From a virus (lineage: Duplodnaviria > Caudoviricetes): a stretch of DNA of 64,000 nucleotides. A model generated the notes under the pieces. That model searched no databases and was not told the DNA's origin. It saw only the letters and a program-made list of their open reading frames with translations. The position numbers were made by a program, and so were the translations under genes. Below are positions 14,201 to 22,312 of this stretch, one piece after another. Numbering within the stretch: position 1 is the stretch's first letter; each line of letters starts with the position of its first letter. The stretch spans positions 65,808 to 129,807 of the IMG/VR virus record IMGVR_UViG_3300033120_000864; one strand, written 5' to 3'.

Positions 14201-16890
14201 TCAAAATTTCCAGTGTTAGCAACAGGAGTTTCGTTAACTATCTCATCATCAGTTTTAATAGTTTCTTGTTCTTTAGTTGCTTCATCTTTAACTTCATCTG
14301 ATACACTTGATCTACTCAAGACATCATTAATATTTCTTTGCTTAAGTTCATTTCTAAAGATTTCAAATTTCTTTGCTTCTTTAACTTCTTCTGTAACTGG
14401 GAGTTCATCTATGTGTTTAAAGATTTCTTCCTTTGATTTATATATATCACTATAATGAGAAACTAAATCTTTCCTTCTTTGAGCTTCAAGATCAGTAACC
14501 ACTTTATTTTCTATAAGCTTATCAATAGTACTATTATAAATACTAGGTGCCATACCAACTTGGTATTGAGCATATTGTCTTTGTTGATTTTGTTCTCTAA
14601 AATGAGTATAGAAACCTATACCACCTTGAGGTATCATAGTAGCCATAGTCTGAATAGCTGTATTCAGAATATTTTCCATAGTTAAAGGATCTGTATCTTC
14701 ATAGTCTTTCTTATAATGTTCTTGTGCAAATTTAGTTGCAAAGTGATTCAATACAAGTCCAGCTTCTTCTTCAAGTGTTTCACCTGCTAAGATTTTAGCA
14801 AATTCCTTAGAACCAGATTTAAGAGCTGCTCCATCTAAGTTATATAAAAACTTAAATATATAAGGAGCTGATTCTTTATCTGTATATCTTTCTAATACAC
14901 CTTCCACTGCTTTTTTAAATGTACCATTACTTGTAAGATGTTCTAATGTAGATATCTCTCCACTAGCAATTAACTTCTTAACATCTAGTATATTATCAAT
15001 AAAAAGTCTTTCTGTAAGACCTTCTATACCTGCTCTGACAGTACCAAGTCCAACTGCTTGATTATAACTAAGTCCTTTATCAAGTTCTTGTTTAATCATA
15101 TCAGGACCAAATAGTAAAACAGATGGAGCTATAAAACCTACAGTGGTACCTGTTAAATATTTACCTGCTTCAAGTCCACCCTTAGCTGCTGAGTTTAAGG
15201 CAGTATAGAATGCTGGAGCATTAACTTCAGATAAAGCTGCTGCTCTTAATGCATTTGATTCTAAAGCACTACCATATAAAGCTTCTTCTAAAGCCATACC
15301 TTCTCCACCAGTTATTCCTAATAATGCACTCTTAAGAGCTACATCTGTTGTTTGGAATAAAAGTCCTGTCTTATCAATAGTTAATTTTCCATCTTTAAGT
15401 TTAATACCATCAAGTTGAGAAAGATTTACATATTTCCCATTTCTATACACTTGAGGTTCCTGTCTAGCATAGCTAGATCCATATAATGCATTTATATCAG
15501 CAGACTTTCTAGAATATGTTTGACCATTTTCTAATTTTACATCTTCTGGATTAGTAATAGCATTAGTAGCCATAGCAGTCCACACTTGTGCTGCTGTAAG
15601 TATGCTAGTAGCAGTGTTTCTTACTGGAGTAAGAATAGTGTTAGATATAGGATATACTTCATGAAGTTTATTAAGATATTGCTGTTGAGCTTCATACTTT
15701 TCTAAGTCTGGAACTTTAGTTTTGATAACATTATCAATCTTTCCAATATACTTATTCTCTTCAGCAATTTTATCCTCAAAATTCTTCTTGACATCAATTA
15801 AATCGTGGTATTGTTTGTATCCTTCATCAGTAAGTTTTTTAGTCTTATCTGCTAATAATTTATCAAATTCTGCAATTTGTTTATTAACATTATCAAGAAG
15901 AGGTTTATCCTTATACTCAATTTGAGCTTGCATACTTTTCTTCTCAAAAGAAGCTCCATCATATACTAGTCTTTGAATATCTACAGGAGATTGTTTAATC
16001 CATCCATCATTATCTTTAGCAGCTAGTGTAATAGATGCAAGTGTTTTATTTAATCCATTAGGATCTCCTGCATTTAATGTTTGAGCTGCATTAGTCATTA
16101 ACTTTTGTGTAAGACTTTTATCATCTTGAACATTAGCTTCTTTAAGAAACTGAGTAGCACCTTGTAATTTCTGCTTAATTTCTACAGGACTATCTTCTGA
16201 TTTTATAGGATCTACTATATAGTTTCCTTGTTTATCTTTAGTTCCTGCAAGAGAAAAGTCTTGAGCAATTCTACCCTTAACATAGTTAAGCATTTTAGTA
16301 GCACTCTCAACTCCTTTTTGATTCTTTATATATTCTGCTTCTGCCTCAGGAGTATCATCTGTTCTTTTTTGACCTTCTGCTATAGGTTCATATCTTCTTG
16401 ACATTTCACTTTTATAGTATCTAGCCCATCCACCTAACTTATCAGCTTCTTGTAAAAGTTGTTTATTATCAAATACTGGAGTGGTATAATCAAACGTAGT
16501 TTTTCCATCAGGAGTTACTTTGGGAGTAAGTCCTATTCCAGCTAAAGGAATGTCAAAATACTTAGTTGCTTCTTGTACATCTTGATCTATTGTAGATTTA
16601 GTTGTAGAAGGAGTTAGATTACTTTCCTTTAATAGTTTATCTTTAGCAGTTCCTAAAAAGTCAGCACTTTTATCTACTAAATATTCATAGTTACTTCTCT
16701 CAGGAATTCCAGAATAATATTTACTCTTGAACTCATCATAAGTAGGAAGTTTAACATTAGCACTATCAAGCTTACCATATAAAGACTTAAAACCCTCTTC
16801 AGTGCTATATTTGCTCTGAAAGGTATTATAGTCTGGTACTTGTATATTAGCACTCTGTAATTTTGTGTAAAGATCTTTTAATTCTGGCAT
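5278..16890 (-). CDS. Virion-packaged DNA-dependent RNA polymerase (crAss-like vRNAP), fused to an N-terminal region and a zincin domain
   Basis: 3870 aa. AGSDFDIDK (DFDID at 7593-7579) is the catalytic motif of crAss-like vRNAPs such as phi14:2 gp66; preceded by VRIPVQG. LLHEAWH zincin motif at 11865-11851. Confidence 0.9.
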   Translation of the reverse strand: MPELKDLYTKLQSANIQVPDYNTFQSKYSTEEGFKSLYGKLDSANVKLPTYDEFKSKYYSGIPERSNYEYLVDKSADFLGTAKDKLLKESNLTPSTTKSTIDQDVQEATKYFDIPLAGIGLTPKVTPDGKTTFDYTTPVFDNKQLLQEADKLGGWARYYKSEMSRRYEPIAEGQKRTDDTPEAEAEYIKNQKGVESATKMLNYVKGRIAQDFSLAGTKDKQGNYIVDPIKSEDSPVEIKQKLQGATQFLKEANVQDDKSLTQKLMTNAAQTLNAGDPNGLNKTLASITLAAKDNDGWIKQSPVDIQRLVYDGASFEKKSMQAQIEYKDKPLLDNVNKQIAEFDKLLADKTKKLTDEGYKQYHDLIDVKKNFEDKIAEENKYIGKIDNVIKTKVPDLEKYEAQQQYLNKLHEVYPISNTILTPVRNTATSILTAAQVWTAMATNAITNPEDVKLENGQTYSRKSADINALYGSSYARQEPQVYRNGKYVNLSQLDGIKLKDGKLTIDKTGLLFQTTDVALKSALLGITGGEGMALEEALYGSALESNALRAAALSEVNAPAFYTALNSAAKGGLEAGKYLTGTTVGFIAPSVLLFGPDMIKQELDKGLSYNQAVGLGTVRAGIEGLTERLFIDNILDVKKLIASGEISTLEHLTSNGTFKKAVEGVLERYTDKESAPYIFKFLYNLDGAALKSGSKEFAKILAGETLEEEAGLVLNHFATKFAQEHYKKDYEDTDPLTMENILNTAIQTMATMIPQGGIGFYTHFREQNQQRQYAQYQVGMAPSIYNSTIDKLIENKVVTDLEAQRRKDLVSHYSDIYKSKEEIFKHIDELPVTEEVKEAKKFEIFRNELKQRNINDVLSRSSVSDEVKDEATKEQETIKTDDEIVNETPVANTGNFEKDTLSTLEKELSPKNISEIKDTAHIDELIKTLDSHLSLPTGNVSKKFKEEIQTYKDSLEQRKDEIVLEKTAKDASNIEQVKSDISALIEEKNFDAANTSVKETIDAVLQSQSALEKDSEPYKILQDHLVDLYKFQDQIEQLQQDPNKAEREENLKQFRTTLTAGVAVNDGKENTEIVESYPDDYYRLANGKRVHASQLFPIVEVASPEDIKDLSDKWAQGDEEVIDRASKDITLAKAIKDYLAATGFNNELPEVPSEIEEAEFKAQPASVFRTIGLNVRNLFIQGTNIIDPAFKTGANAIRNIINDQTQDEFKVLVLRPSQLVERLGGLEAVKDKLPNDYVYWKKNGYGDETQVVKLVLVNANNDIVNFDEEGNKNPAGIPAIYNLPSIKTAETEFKRKGIEEQEEAFEEYKASLQQLKDIRSNPPIEPLPISKVNLGLVTKFVKDPIPTKSFTESLKGKFFSAGLTTPNLELVVTTTSQIGKVEGVSYLVDGKYGLQYPISRPKMGQVDIHGFINALVEIGTRSVSSRGLETFEDRRSMLDKFLYMDKDSISFGKNKFGEYFLIHNSFFTNYPDVTKIEGVKPLEDFLYFNIGVNTTDAFKEALAHAIKQKTLNIVPQEEGQFEVPVYSDGKLSFVKYDSYQEFIVENSNVYSDVNDVKGSQELLANGVGGFVGSYIQLNATDYIPSTSDVAEEMPAKPTVTQETIDEEIELLKSTKIENKFSNKEWNEVKDWWKDSPLSKFIDLNHFANIINSNAAGTFVNNVITLYQNSSPRTLLHEAWHGFSQLFLTKRQKNNLYNELRKKSGSIKIVDESTGLLTNKAYKDLTDKEAEEAIAESWEDYADSDGKMLFGKDLSKQTIFEKAWQFIKTLNGLLPNIQTYYDKLYKGNINNFSPNLNNALFGKLNKSFTANGVTIGSRTINDFVNLIDSSIINRLDRLKKSHILFTGIKENKTKNFKSLYDATLKDINIKIASGTLSDDAKQKLQFLADNFITEGTKVGFDQIYIQNSSLFSDIKAEEEKSSQDEEGLPVTTDEILSDDDHVETRDNIVEFKEQNKKSAIKQASNEIIYLLSTLSRGETDEYGFPKLLPLQTTWYRLATEVKGITDPEQMYGRIKQLGEKYPEYLQLLSRLPVLDNPANDVRQITLLQSFMKAFEKPLIEMYEGVMTIPRATKENPTPSPVFYNTKSSTKAINKLSKKLQASFATNDENPYVVKNAEGQNVLNTTKIGKDFGKVDKDGVLKLPKNKRIDFLKAIGVELNPLTIESDQFKALMEDNSKDIFNLIFDAVVNKLGKEDYDIKNPIQDIRGTRDLKKHFNFAGEASSIDAVLKAEINATNEYEEDLAINPNGDNVYQIQQFSKTSLTYAALNNREKYPTLQDLVSDPEWEHLDPQKNPSMRYTTWLNSLFKIRDERGNLISGTEYGKRRNSVIDLKNIGGFKTDTEKGITGAKTTDLFSLDKILFDINSFLYNNIIEHMRYADKGSSFGTELTYFTTKNKYPVNLAEFKGNNMPKQAVNIFEDYLKGTIAEIVKHNRITTNNAKSGYGVAKYSKNGSSFRIFEEILGQETKDFLRKEIETLANIGDENALDEAISKITNKINLQKPLQAFFSNSVSELKKRLRKAKTDNGNFLKDQLGLIDKKGLTYEEALNAFIVSAYIYNYEQGQLINGDVVQFKAADDFHKRLSADSATGDFSIMNKAVLGFLNATGRMQEFLLTGKKSSIGPSFRTSVFNDNEIKSQYLEQYLSDTIKSLGVDISTKELIDMPLKEAEKLLTEEHGAKGISIFTVLKAFKEVNETDALGLCTLDFYRNFKVAIGQWNDLAESAYIKAAQGLPLDEKEMYYFVPIKAQYSGTIANTPQVLGEYLRIDAFDKFALVPMMPSAIKGKGLEKISNNMIRNNIGYGVFESGSKKAALTKDGKFNDLYSENPLTNDKYWGYLKEQVYLEPKIKPNIIFATQFNKLFNVDLFNYGKSKSKRIDQIAKEYNETRQTLINRELTRVKNDLGIKKGKIDFKKLSDILKKEFKSRDLPDNIIDFLKTDENGNLAFSLDSSLSRQKMSSIILAIVSNRIIKGKLNGDNYIQTAFTGWRSDSNLKLPELKTREDGTQYVSKMEAKVSISKFKNLLNLKHPYEAGVIGTIEKLNRLLKDEDFMKDHEQELSMVGVRIPVQGANSMLNLIVEEFLPEETGSIIVLPSEITAIAGSDFDIDKVSMYVPNISDNGTLPQIGGAEVLNKINEVLNKYHVPKFLIQGIKEIFEEDLDIETRTKQIKDLVFQNYEELSQLQDKGNKRTQYNELKDFIPIIDEMITEFPKLNTKSFLQNKMISLLSESMSQPEMYEPLFTPNSTSVLKPLADDIKKMLGSKDKVNYSTVYDYNTQMNQFEANLVGKKSLGIAAKNNTFNQLFKQHNIYLNNVYDGDVPVNVYLDHNEFEGHPSLAGEYDKNGEYKISEIISQFINGFVDVAKDPWVFDLGATFEATPTLLYLTHLGVPIKQAVYLVNQPIVKDYLELKKMKNFQTGKALDSYYDGLTEEKMVNILAYKYESNVRDFDKYNKDNHEKIYTEKNLLKNINYLDNSKINTTFANEQRAILTHYLELEAQGRRLRELTSSLDFDTTKIKSIFSSFEKEALYNQVLSSNMFNKEGVEAIKNNSVISMLDMNKFIIDNFPKMFKVVELPEVNNFLLSVIGDASFGNKEKFENRFKNDLIGYAYNTLTTNYKEVVPFFEGQMVQRLEDLKKEIPSLVNEVPLLKEFVGDKGIKRPELVNIKTKTDLKETKDINTAIEDFKKGVEHSNPKVRDFFKDLIRFAFVQSGLQKSPISFTHILPTESISTDIEKVLPLLKQIVESPEMLKLFYTKYFMKNNAQVIQPKVLKENGYLTNKTHSYQDEAYRLKTPLQILNNPILEEEAKNIEIKPSRINVDDIESTIEDEKEPPLDEDVIPLSVGESLETEVTDFSEAPTDDELPENEIDDCAKKI

Positions 16891-16891
16891 A

Positions 16892-18493
16892 TTATAAACC
16901 TGCGTCTATTTTAGTTTTAGAGCTTCCACCACTTGTTGGGGTTTCTCCTATTGCATTTAACAATTCATCTGATGTAAATGTTTTAGTAGGGTTATTCCAA
17001 CCCCAAGCATCATACATCACCTCAATTTTTCCATCTTTTACCTTTATATCTGTAGGTTCATTTTCAAATCCTAATTTCTTATAATTAGTTTTTATAAGAG
17101 CTTTCACTTGCTTTTCTTGTTCAGGAGTAACAAATCCCTTAGCAAATTTATCCACTGCTGTTCTAATACTTTCATCTGCCTTAGATGCTTTTCCAGGAAC
17201 TGTTGGTAATTCTGATACTGGTATTAGTTCACCATTATCATTAAATATATCAATACCTTTCTTATAAGCTTCTTTATAGGCAGCCTTTTCAACAGAATTA
17301 GTAATAGACTCAATAGCTGAAAGTCCTTTATTATACTTCATTTCATTAGTTCTATTAGCAGCTGTTTGAGCTGCAGCTAATCCTTCTGGAGTATTAAGAG
17401 ATTTCAATATAGTTCTTGGATCTTGTCCTTCTGCTAAAGCACCTGGAACAATTTGACTAGCTTCTGCATTTGCAATATGCTCATCAATTCTATTATTATG
17501 CTCAATACCTATTCTTGTTAAATCATTTAATTTCTGAGACTTAGTTTTAGAATAAGCATATGTTTTTGCATTTTCTATAGCAGACTGATTAATATAATTA
17601 TCAAAAGCATGTGACTTAGCCATCTCACCATCTGGGTTTTCGTACATTTTCTTATACTGCTTTGCATCTTCCATAAGTTGAGTATAAGTGGCAAAATCTT
17701 TAGGATTACCTTGAGCTTTATATAGAGCATAGGCCTTCTGAGCCTCATCAGAAGAATGTTGATATAAAGCATAGTTTTGGCTTGCATCTTGTTGAAAGAA
17801 ATTAGTACCTTGTGTCAAACTATTAAATTTCCTTTGTTGTTCCTGATATAAAGCAGGATCATTAGTAAGTCTTCTTTTCATAGCAGCTGCAATATCTGCT
17901 TGTCCTTTCTTTGCAGTTTCAATATCATACCCACCTTTATTAATATCAAATCCAGTGGTTTCTTGTACTTCTTTAGCAGCATCATCTAACACTTTGTTTA
18001 GATTACCTGCTTTATATATATCTCCACTCAAGTCTACATTTCTAATGTATTTTCCTTGTTGAATATACTTTTGAGCTTTAGTAATAGGTTCCATGTTCCA
18101 AGCAGGAACAGTTTCACCATTTTCTGTTAAATCAGCATATTTTCTCATACTTTGCTGATACTGAGCACCTCTTTTCACAACAGTTTGAAAATCAGGATTT
18201 GAGACTAAAGCATTTATATTCTGTTTCAATTGATTTTGAACTGCAGGATTAGTAAGTTCAGAAGTACTAATACCATTAACACTCTCACTAAGTTTACTTA
18301 GTAATTGCTTTTTAACATCTGTATCAGCACCTGGAAGTGTTGGTAAAGACCATAATTGATCTAATTGTGCATTAGTAGCAAATTGTGCTTTATCAGCTTC
18401 TTGTTTCTGATACATAGTTCCTTTCATGAGAAGTTCCAAAGGTATTGGAGCTTTCCATTCTGCAGGCTTAACTATTTGACTTGAATAATTCAT
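16892..18493 (-). CDS. Putative injected cargo/virion protein
   Basis: 533 aa, helical-type composition, directly upstream of vRNAP as in crAss-like cargo gene clusters. Confidence 0.55.
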   Translation of the reverse strand: MNYSSQIVKPAEWKAPIPLELLMKGTMYQKQEADKAQFATNAQLDQLWSLPTLPGADTDVKKQLLSKLSESVNGISTSELTNPAVQNQLKQNINALVSNPDFQTVVKRGAQYQQSMRKYADLTENGETVPAWNMEPITKAQKYIQQGKYIRNVDLSGDIYKAGNLNKVLDDAAKEVQETTGFDINKGGYDIETAKKGQADIAAAMKRRLTNDPALYQEQQRKFNSLTQGTNFFQQDASQNYALYQHSSDEAQKAYALYKAQGNPKDFATYTQLMEDAKQYKKMYENPDGEMAKSHAFDNYINQSAIENAKTYAYSKTKSQKLNDLTRIGIEHNNRIDEHIANAEASQIVPGALAEGQDPRTILKSLNTPEGLAAAQTAANRTNEMKYNKGLSAIESITNSVEKAAYKEAYKKGIDIFNDNGELIPVSELPTVPGKASKADESIRTAVDKFAKGFVTPEQEKQVKALIKTNYKKLGFENEPTDIKVKDGKIEVMYDAWGWNNPTKTFTSDELLNAIGETPTSGGSSKTKIDAGL

Positions 18494-18518
18494 TATTATG
18501 TATTTTGGACAATTGATG

Positions 18519-18550
18519 TAAAGATAAGTAAAATTAGTGAGATTTCCAAA
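18519..18550 (-). promoter_or_regulatory. Bacteroidota-type promoter variant (TTTG-N20-TATCTTTA)
   Basis: Minus strand reads TTTGGA, then TATCTTTA after a 20-nt spacer, upstream of the ORF starting at 18493. Confidence 0.6.
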
Positions 18551-18576
18551 TTTATCATCAAATTAAGTGAATTTAA

Positions 18577-21384
18577 TTATTTTTTAACTTTTTTTCTGAG
18601 CATAGACTTTTTACCTATCTTACCACCATAAGCAGCAGTTTCTGTTTGAGTAGTAGTCTCAGAATATGTACCATCAGAATTTTTAACATATTTCTTTTGA
18701 TTTTTAATTCCTGCAGCATAATTAGGAGGAATTAATCCATTTATTTGATTAGGAATATAATTATAGGCTGTAGTTCTAGGACCAAAAGTGTTATTTATAT
18801 AATTAGCACTATTAGCATATTCATTAGCATTATAATAGTTTTGAATAGCACCTTGTTCATCAGTACGTCTTTGAGTATCTATAACTCCTTTACCCCTATT
18901 AATTAAGTCCATAAATCTATTTCTCTCATTAAGGTTTTCACTATCAACTCTAGAAAGTTCTCTAGAATTGAACTCATCTACACCCATTCTTCCTTGTTGA
19001 GATCTATTAAAGTTATCTGCGAAAACACCTTGTTTAGCTCTCCATGAGTTAGCAAAAGATTGTGCATCATTAGCTAAACCTGTTGGAGAAGAATCAAGAG
19101 ATCTTGTAGTAGCTCTAAATCCTCTATTAGCTTCAGCAATAGCTGGTTCAATATCAGTTGGTCTATATTGAATTAAATGGGGATTAAGTTTACTTGTTTG
19201 TAAAGGATCTAATTGATAGCTATTCACAATAGGAAGAGGCATTAAATTAAATCCTGCTCTTTTAGCTTTAGTAGCAGTTATACCAGTACCAAGTCTATTC
19301 ATTTTAGAAGTAGCTAAAGCATCTCCAGGATTTGCAGTAGCAGGATTTTCTCCATTATCTGCAGGTCTCAAGTATCTACTTTCAATCTTAGAATCTATAA
19401 AATTAGCTCTAAGATCTTTAAGGTCTTGATCAGATAGTTTAGAAAAGTTATCATATTTCTTAAACTTATCTTTATCTTTATTAGTAGTACCAAACTCTGC
19501 CCACATGTTTCTAATTTGATCTCTACCTTGTGGAGTATCTAACAGATTGTCATATATATATTCCTGATAGTCAGTATTAGCTCCCCTATTAGTTTTAGGA
19601 ATAGCTTGGCCTTTCTTATTAGCCCAATCTTGCCATTGATCTCTACCAGTTTCCCAATAATTATTAGATACTAATGGTCTACCATATTTATCATGGTGAG
19701 CAATACCAGTTGGTGTCACACCATTATATTCTGTAGAATCATGTGGAGTGATAGGAACAAAATTATTACTATAAGAAGGATCTATATTTTGAGCCATAGG
19801 AGTAGTAGTAGGAAGAGCACCAGTAGCAAGACCTTTATTAATAGGAAGTGCATCTGGTTGTAATGATTTATCTAAATTTTCCCAAATCAAATCATTATAA
19901 TGTTGTCTTAATTCCTTAGAAATAGCTCCTGGTTTGTTAGGATCTCCTTCCATTTCTGATAACATTTTTTTATATTCTGGAGTATTTATATACTTTTCCC
20001 ATTTAGTTTCTCCTCCATCTGCAAACTTAGAAAGATAACCACCTAAAGCAGCTTTTTGAACCTTTTCACTTATTCCAGGAAAATGCCCAATAGCTTTACC
20101 CATTTCTTGTAGATCATATAACCCTGCCACTTTATCATTCTTAAACTTAAGGTTTAAGTCTGAAGTAGTTTTAGTAATTGAATCTGCGTATTTCATATTT
20201 AAATTTTCTAAGTCTTTATCAGTGCTATATTTAGCTGCTTCGTCTGCAAAAGTTTTAGGTTTTTCTCCAGGTTTAAATTGAAACTTGAGTCTATTAGTTA
20301 ATACTTTTGTATCAGGTGCATCAAATGGAATTCCACCTTTTTCATGTGTTGGACCATTTACTTTTTGTATAAGTCCTTGAGATGTTTGTACAACTTCTCC
20401 ACCCTCTATCTCATCTTTAGAGAAAGGAACTTTAAAGTCATTAGCATTATCTGTAGTAGGCATAGTTGTTTTAATACCTCCAGGTATCATACCACCTTCA
20501 TCATAAGCTCTAGTTTTACCACCATAAGCATTTTGAAGAGGGTTTTTCATTTGACCAAACATATCTTCTGGTTTAAATGTAGTATATGAATCTCTTTTAG
20601 TGCCACTTAATTGATCATTAAGTTGATCATTATGCCATTGATTAGTAAACTTATTTTGTCTATAATCCCCTACAGCTTTAAGAATACCTTTACCCATATC
20701 CATTCCAGATAAAATACCAGCAGTAACACCTTCTCCAGCATTTGAAGCATTAATAGATCTATTAAGCTCTGCAAATGATTGTTGAAAGTATGGACCTTGT
20801 CCTTGAACAGGAAGATTAACAGTGGTGGCTGTTGGATCATAAATAACATTATTATCTTTCCTGTACATTTGTTTAGCAAACTTTTTATGTTCAGGAGAGT
20901 TATTATATGTCTTTACTTGATTAGTTAAGTTTTGATTAACAACTGGACCATTTACAGTGAGATCTCCAGTGATAGGACTAGGCATCATTCTTTGATCTCC
21001 AGCAGGCTGAAGTGTTTGAAATTGACTAGGATTATATTCTCCTGGAATTTGCATATTAGCTACATTCTGGTCATACTGATCTAATGTAGCTTGAGAATCA
21101 TCTGTAGTACCTCCAATAGCAAACTTAAATGTTCTATTATAATCATCAATAAACTTCTTTAATTGAGCATCATAATTCTTATCATTAGATTTTTCAATCT
21201 CAAGTCCATTAATTAATCCTCCTTCAGCATGTTTCCATTTCTTTGCATTTTGTGCAAAGATTGCTCTCTTTCTAGTAACAGGATTTTTACTATGGGTTAG
21301 TTCCTCAGTAGTTTTTCCTGTAGCTTTCTTAGTAGCATTAAACTTACCTTTATTCTTAGGATTTATATGTATTTTACTTTTCAT
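18577..21384 (-). CDS. Putative virion cargo protein with repeated AxGG-type motifs
   Basis: 935 aa, basic N- and C-termini, EIEGGEVV...GPTHEKGGI motif, seven AxGG/EGG-type motifs; lies in the cargo cluster. Confidence 0.55.
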   Translation of the reverse strand: MKSKIHINPKNKGKFNATKKATGKTTEELTHSKNPVTRKRAIFAQNAKKWKHAEGGLINGLEIEKSNDKNYDAQLKKFIDDYNRTFKFAIGGTTDDSQATLDQYDQNVANMQIPGEYNPSQFQTLQPAGDQRMMPSPITGDLTVNGPVVNQNLTNQVKTYNNSPEHKKFAKQMYRKDNNVIYDPTATTVNLPVQGQGPYFQQSFAELNRSINASNAGEGVTAGILSGMDMGKGILKAVGDYRQNKFTNQWHNDQLNDQLSGTKRDSYTTFKPEDMFGQMKNPLQNAYGGKTRAYDEGGMIPGGIKTTMPTTDNANDFKVPFSKDEIEGGEVVQTSQGLIQKVNGPTHEKGGIPFDAPDTKVLTNRLKFQFKPGEKPKTFADEAAKYSTDKDLENLNMKYADSITKTTSDLNLKFKNDKVAGLYDLQEMGKAIGHFPGISEKVQKAALGGYLSKFADGGETKWEKYINTPEYKKMLSEMEGDPNKPGAISKELRQHYNDLIWENLDKSLQPDALPINKGLATGALPTTTPMAQNIDPSYSNNFVPITPHDSTEYNGVTPTGIAHHDKYGRPLVSNNYWETGRDQWQDWANKKGQAIPKTNRGANTDYQEYIYDNLLDTPQGRDQIRNMWAEFGTTNKDKDKFKKYDNFSKLSDQDLKDLRANFIDSKIESRYLRPADNGENPATANPGDALATSKMNRLGTGITATKAKRAGFNLMPLPIVNSYQLDPLQTSKLNPHLIQYRPTDIEPAIAEANRGFRATTRSLDSSPTGLANDAQSFANSWRAKQGVFADNFNRSQQGRMGVDEFNSRELSRVDSENLNERNRFMDLINRGKGVIDTQRRTDEQGAIQNYYNANEYANSANYINNTFGPRTTAYNYIPNQINGLIPPNYAAGIKNQKKYVKNSDGTYSETTTQTETAAYGGKIGKKSMLRKKVKK

Positions 21385-21390
21385 TATAAC

Positions 21391-21792
21391 TTATTTTAAA
21401 GACAGTAGATAAAGTGTTTCATTAATTAGATTTTCTACAGAATCTAATTCATTTTGTATAGGAGTATTATTTTTATCAAAAGCTGTATAACGCTGAGTTT
21501 GTACATATTTTAATACTTCTTTTAAGTAAGTAGAAGGTTCTACATTCTCATATTGTGCTATTGGAAAATCTTTCCATCCAGAAAGATGTTGTCCCAATTG
21601 ACCAGAAGATTTTTCTGCTATAGAATCTGTTAGTTCTAATAACTCATCATAGAACTTATTTAATGCTTTATGTGTAGCATAACTATTAGTTTTGAGATGT
21701 AAGATATGAGATACAGTTCTACAAGCAAATAAATAACTTATAAATTCTGTTACTTTTCCCACTGGTTTCTTTTCTATAAATTTAACATCCAT
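21391..21792 (-). CDS. Ferritin/Dps-like four-helix protein (phage DUF5856-like)
   Basis: HILHLKTNSYATHKALNKFYDEL...DSIAE and C-terminal IQNELDSVENLINETLYLL pattern. Confidence 0.7.
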   Translation of the reverse strand: MDVKFIEKKPVGKVTEFISYLFACRTVSHILHLKTNSYATHKALNKFYDELLELTDSIAEKSSGQLGQHLSGWKDFPIAQYENVEPSTYLKEVLKYVQTQRYTAFDKNNTPIQNELDSVENLINETLYLLSLK

Positions 21793-22310
21793 TATGCTTC
21801 AAATTTAAAATCATTCAATCTATTAGTCCATCCTATTATAAACTTCTTTTGACTAGGATTATTAGCTACAATATCATTTAAGAATTTAAGTCTTGCTTGA
21901 TATATTTTATTAAACAAAGTTTGAGGATCTTGAGCATTTAATGCTGTAAGAGTATTCTTACCTACAGTTCCATCATCATCAACTCCTAAAAGTCTTTGTG
22001 GAATTATAACACCCCATCTACCAGATCCCCATACCCAGTCTACAAGAATATCTGCTATAGATTGATTATTTATTTGATCTGCATGCCAAACATCCCAGTA
22101 TTTTCTTAATACAAATTTAAAATCATCTGGAGTAAGTTTTTTTAAATCATCTACATCTACATCTCCATCATGATCTTTATCATAACCAACTTGTTTCCAA
22201 GTAGCTATTGTAACTCCCATATTTGTTGCTCCACCAAGGTCTTTAGGATCATTTACCCATCCTCCTTCCCATTTTGCTACTTTGGGAGCTAAGTGTTCTA
22301 TTTTTGCCAT
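21792..22310 (-). CDS. Endolysin, glycoside hydrolase family 108 with peptidoglycan-binding domain
   Basis: EGGWVNDPKDLGGATNMGVT catalytic motif; LQRLL-like PQRLLGVDDDGTVG segment; C-terminal KFIIGWTNR. Confidence 0.9.
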   Translation of the reverse strand: MAKIEHLAPKVAKWEGGWVNDPKDLGGATNMGVTIATWKQVGYDKDHDGDVDVDDLKKLTPDDFKFVLRKYWDVWHADQINNQSIADILVDWVWGSGRWGVIIPQRLLGVDDDGTVGKNTLTALNAQDPQTLFNKIYQARLKFLNDIVANNPSQKKFIIGWTNRLNDFKFEA

Positions 22311-22312
22311 AT

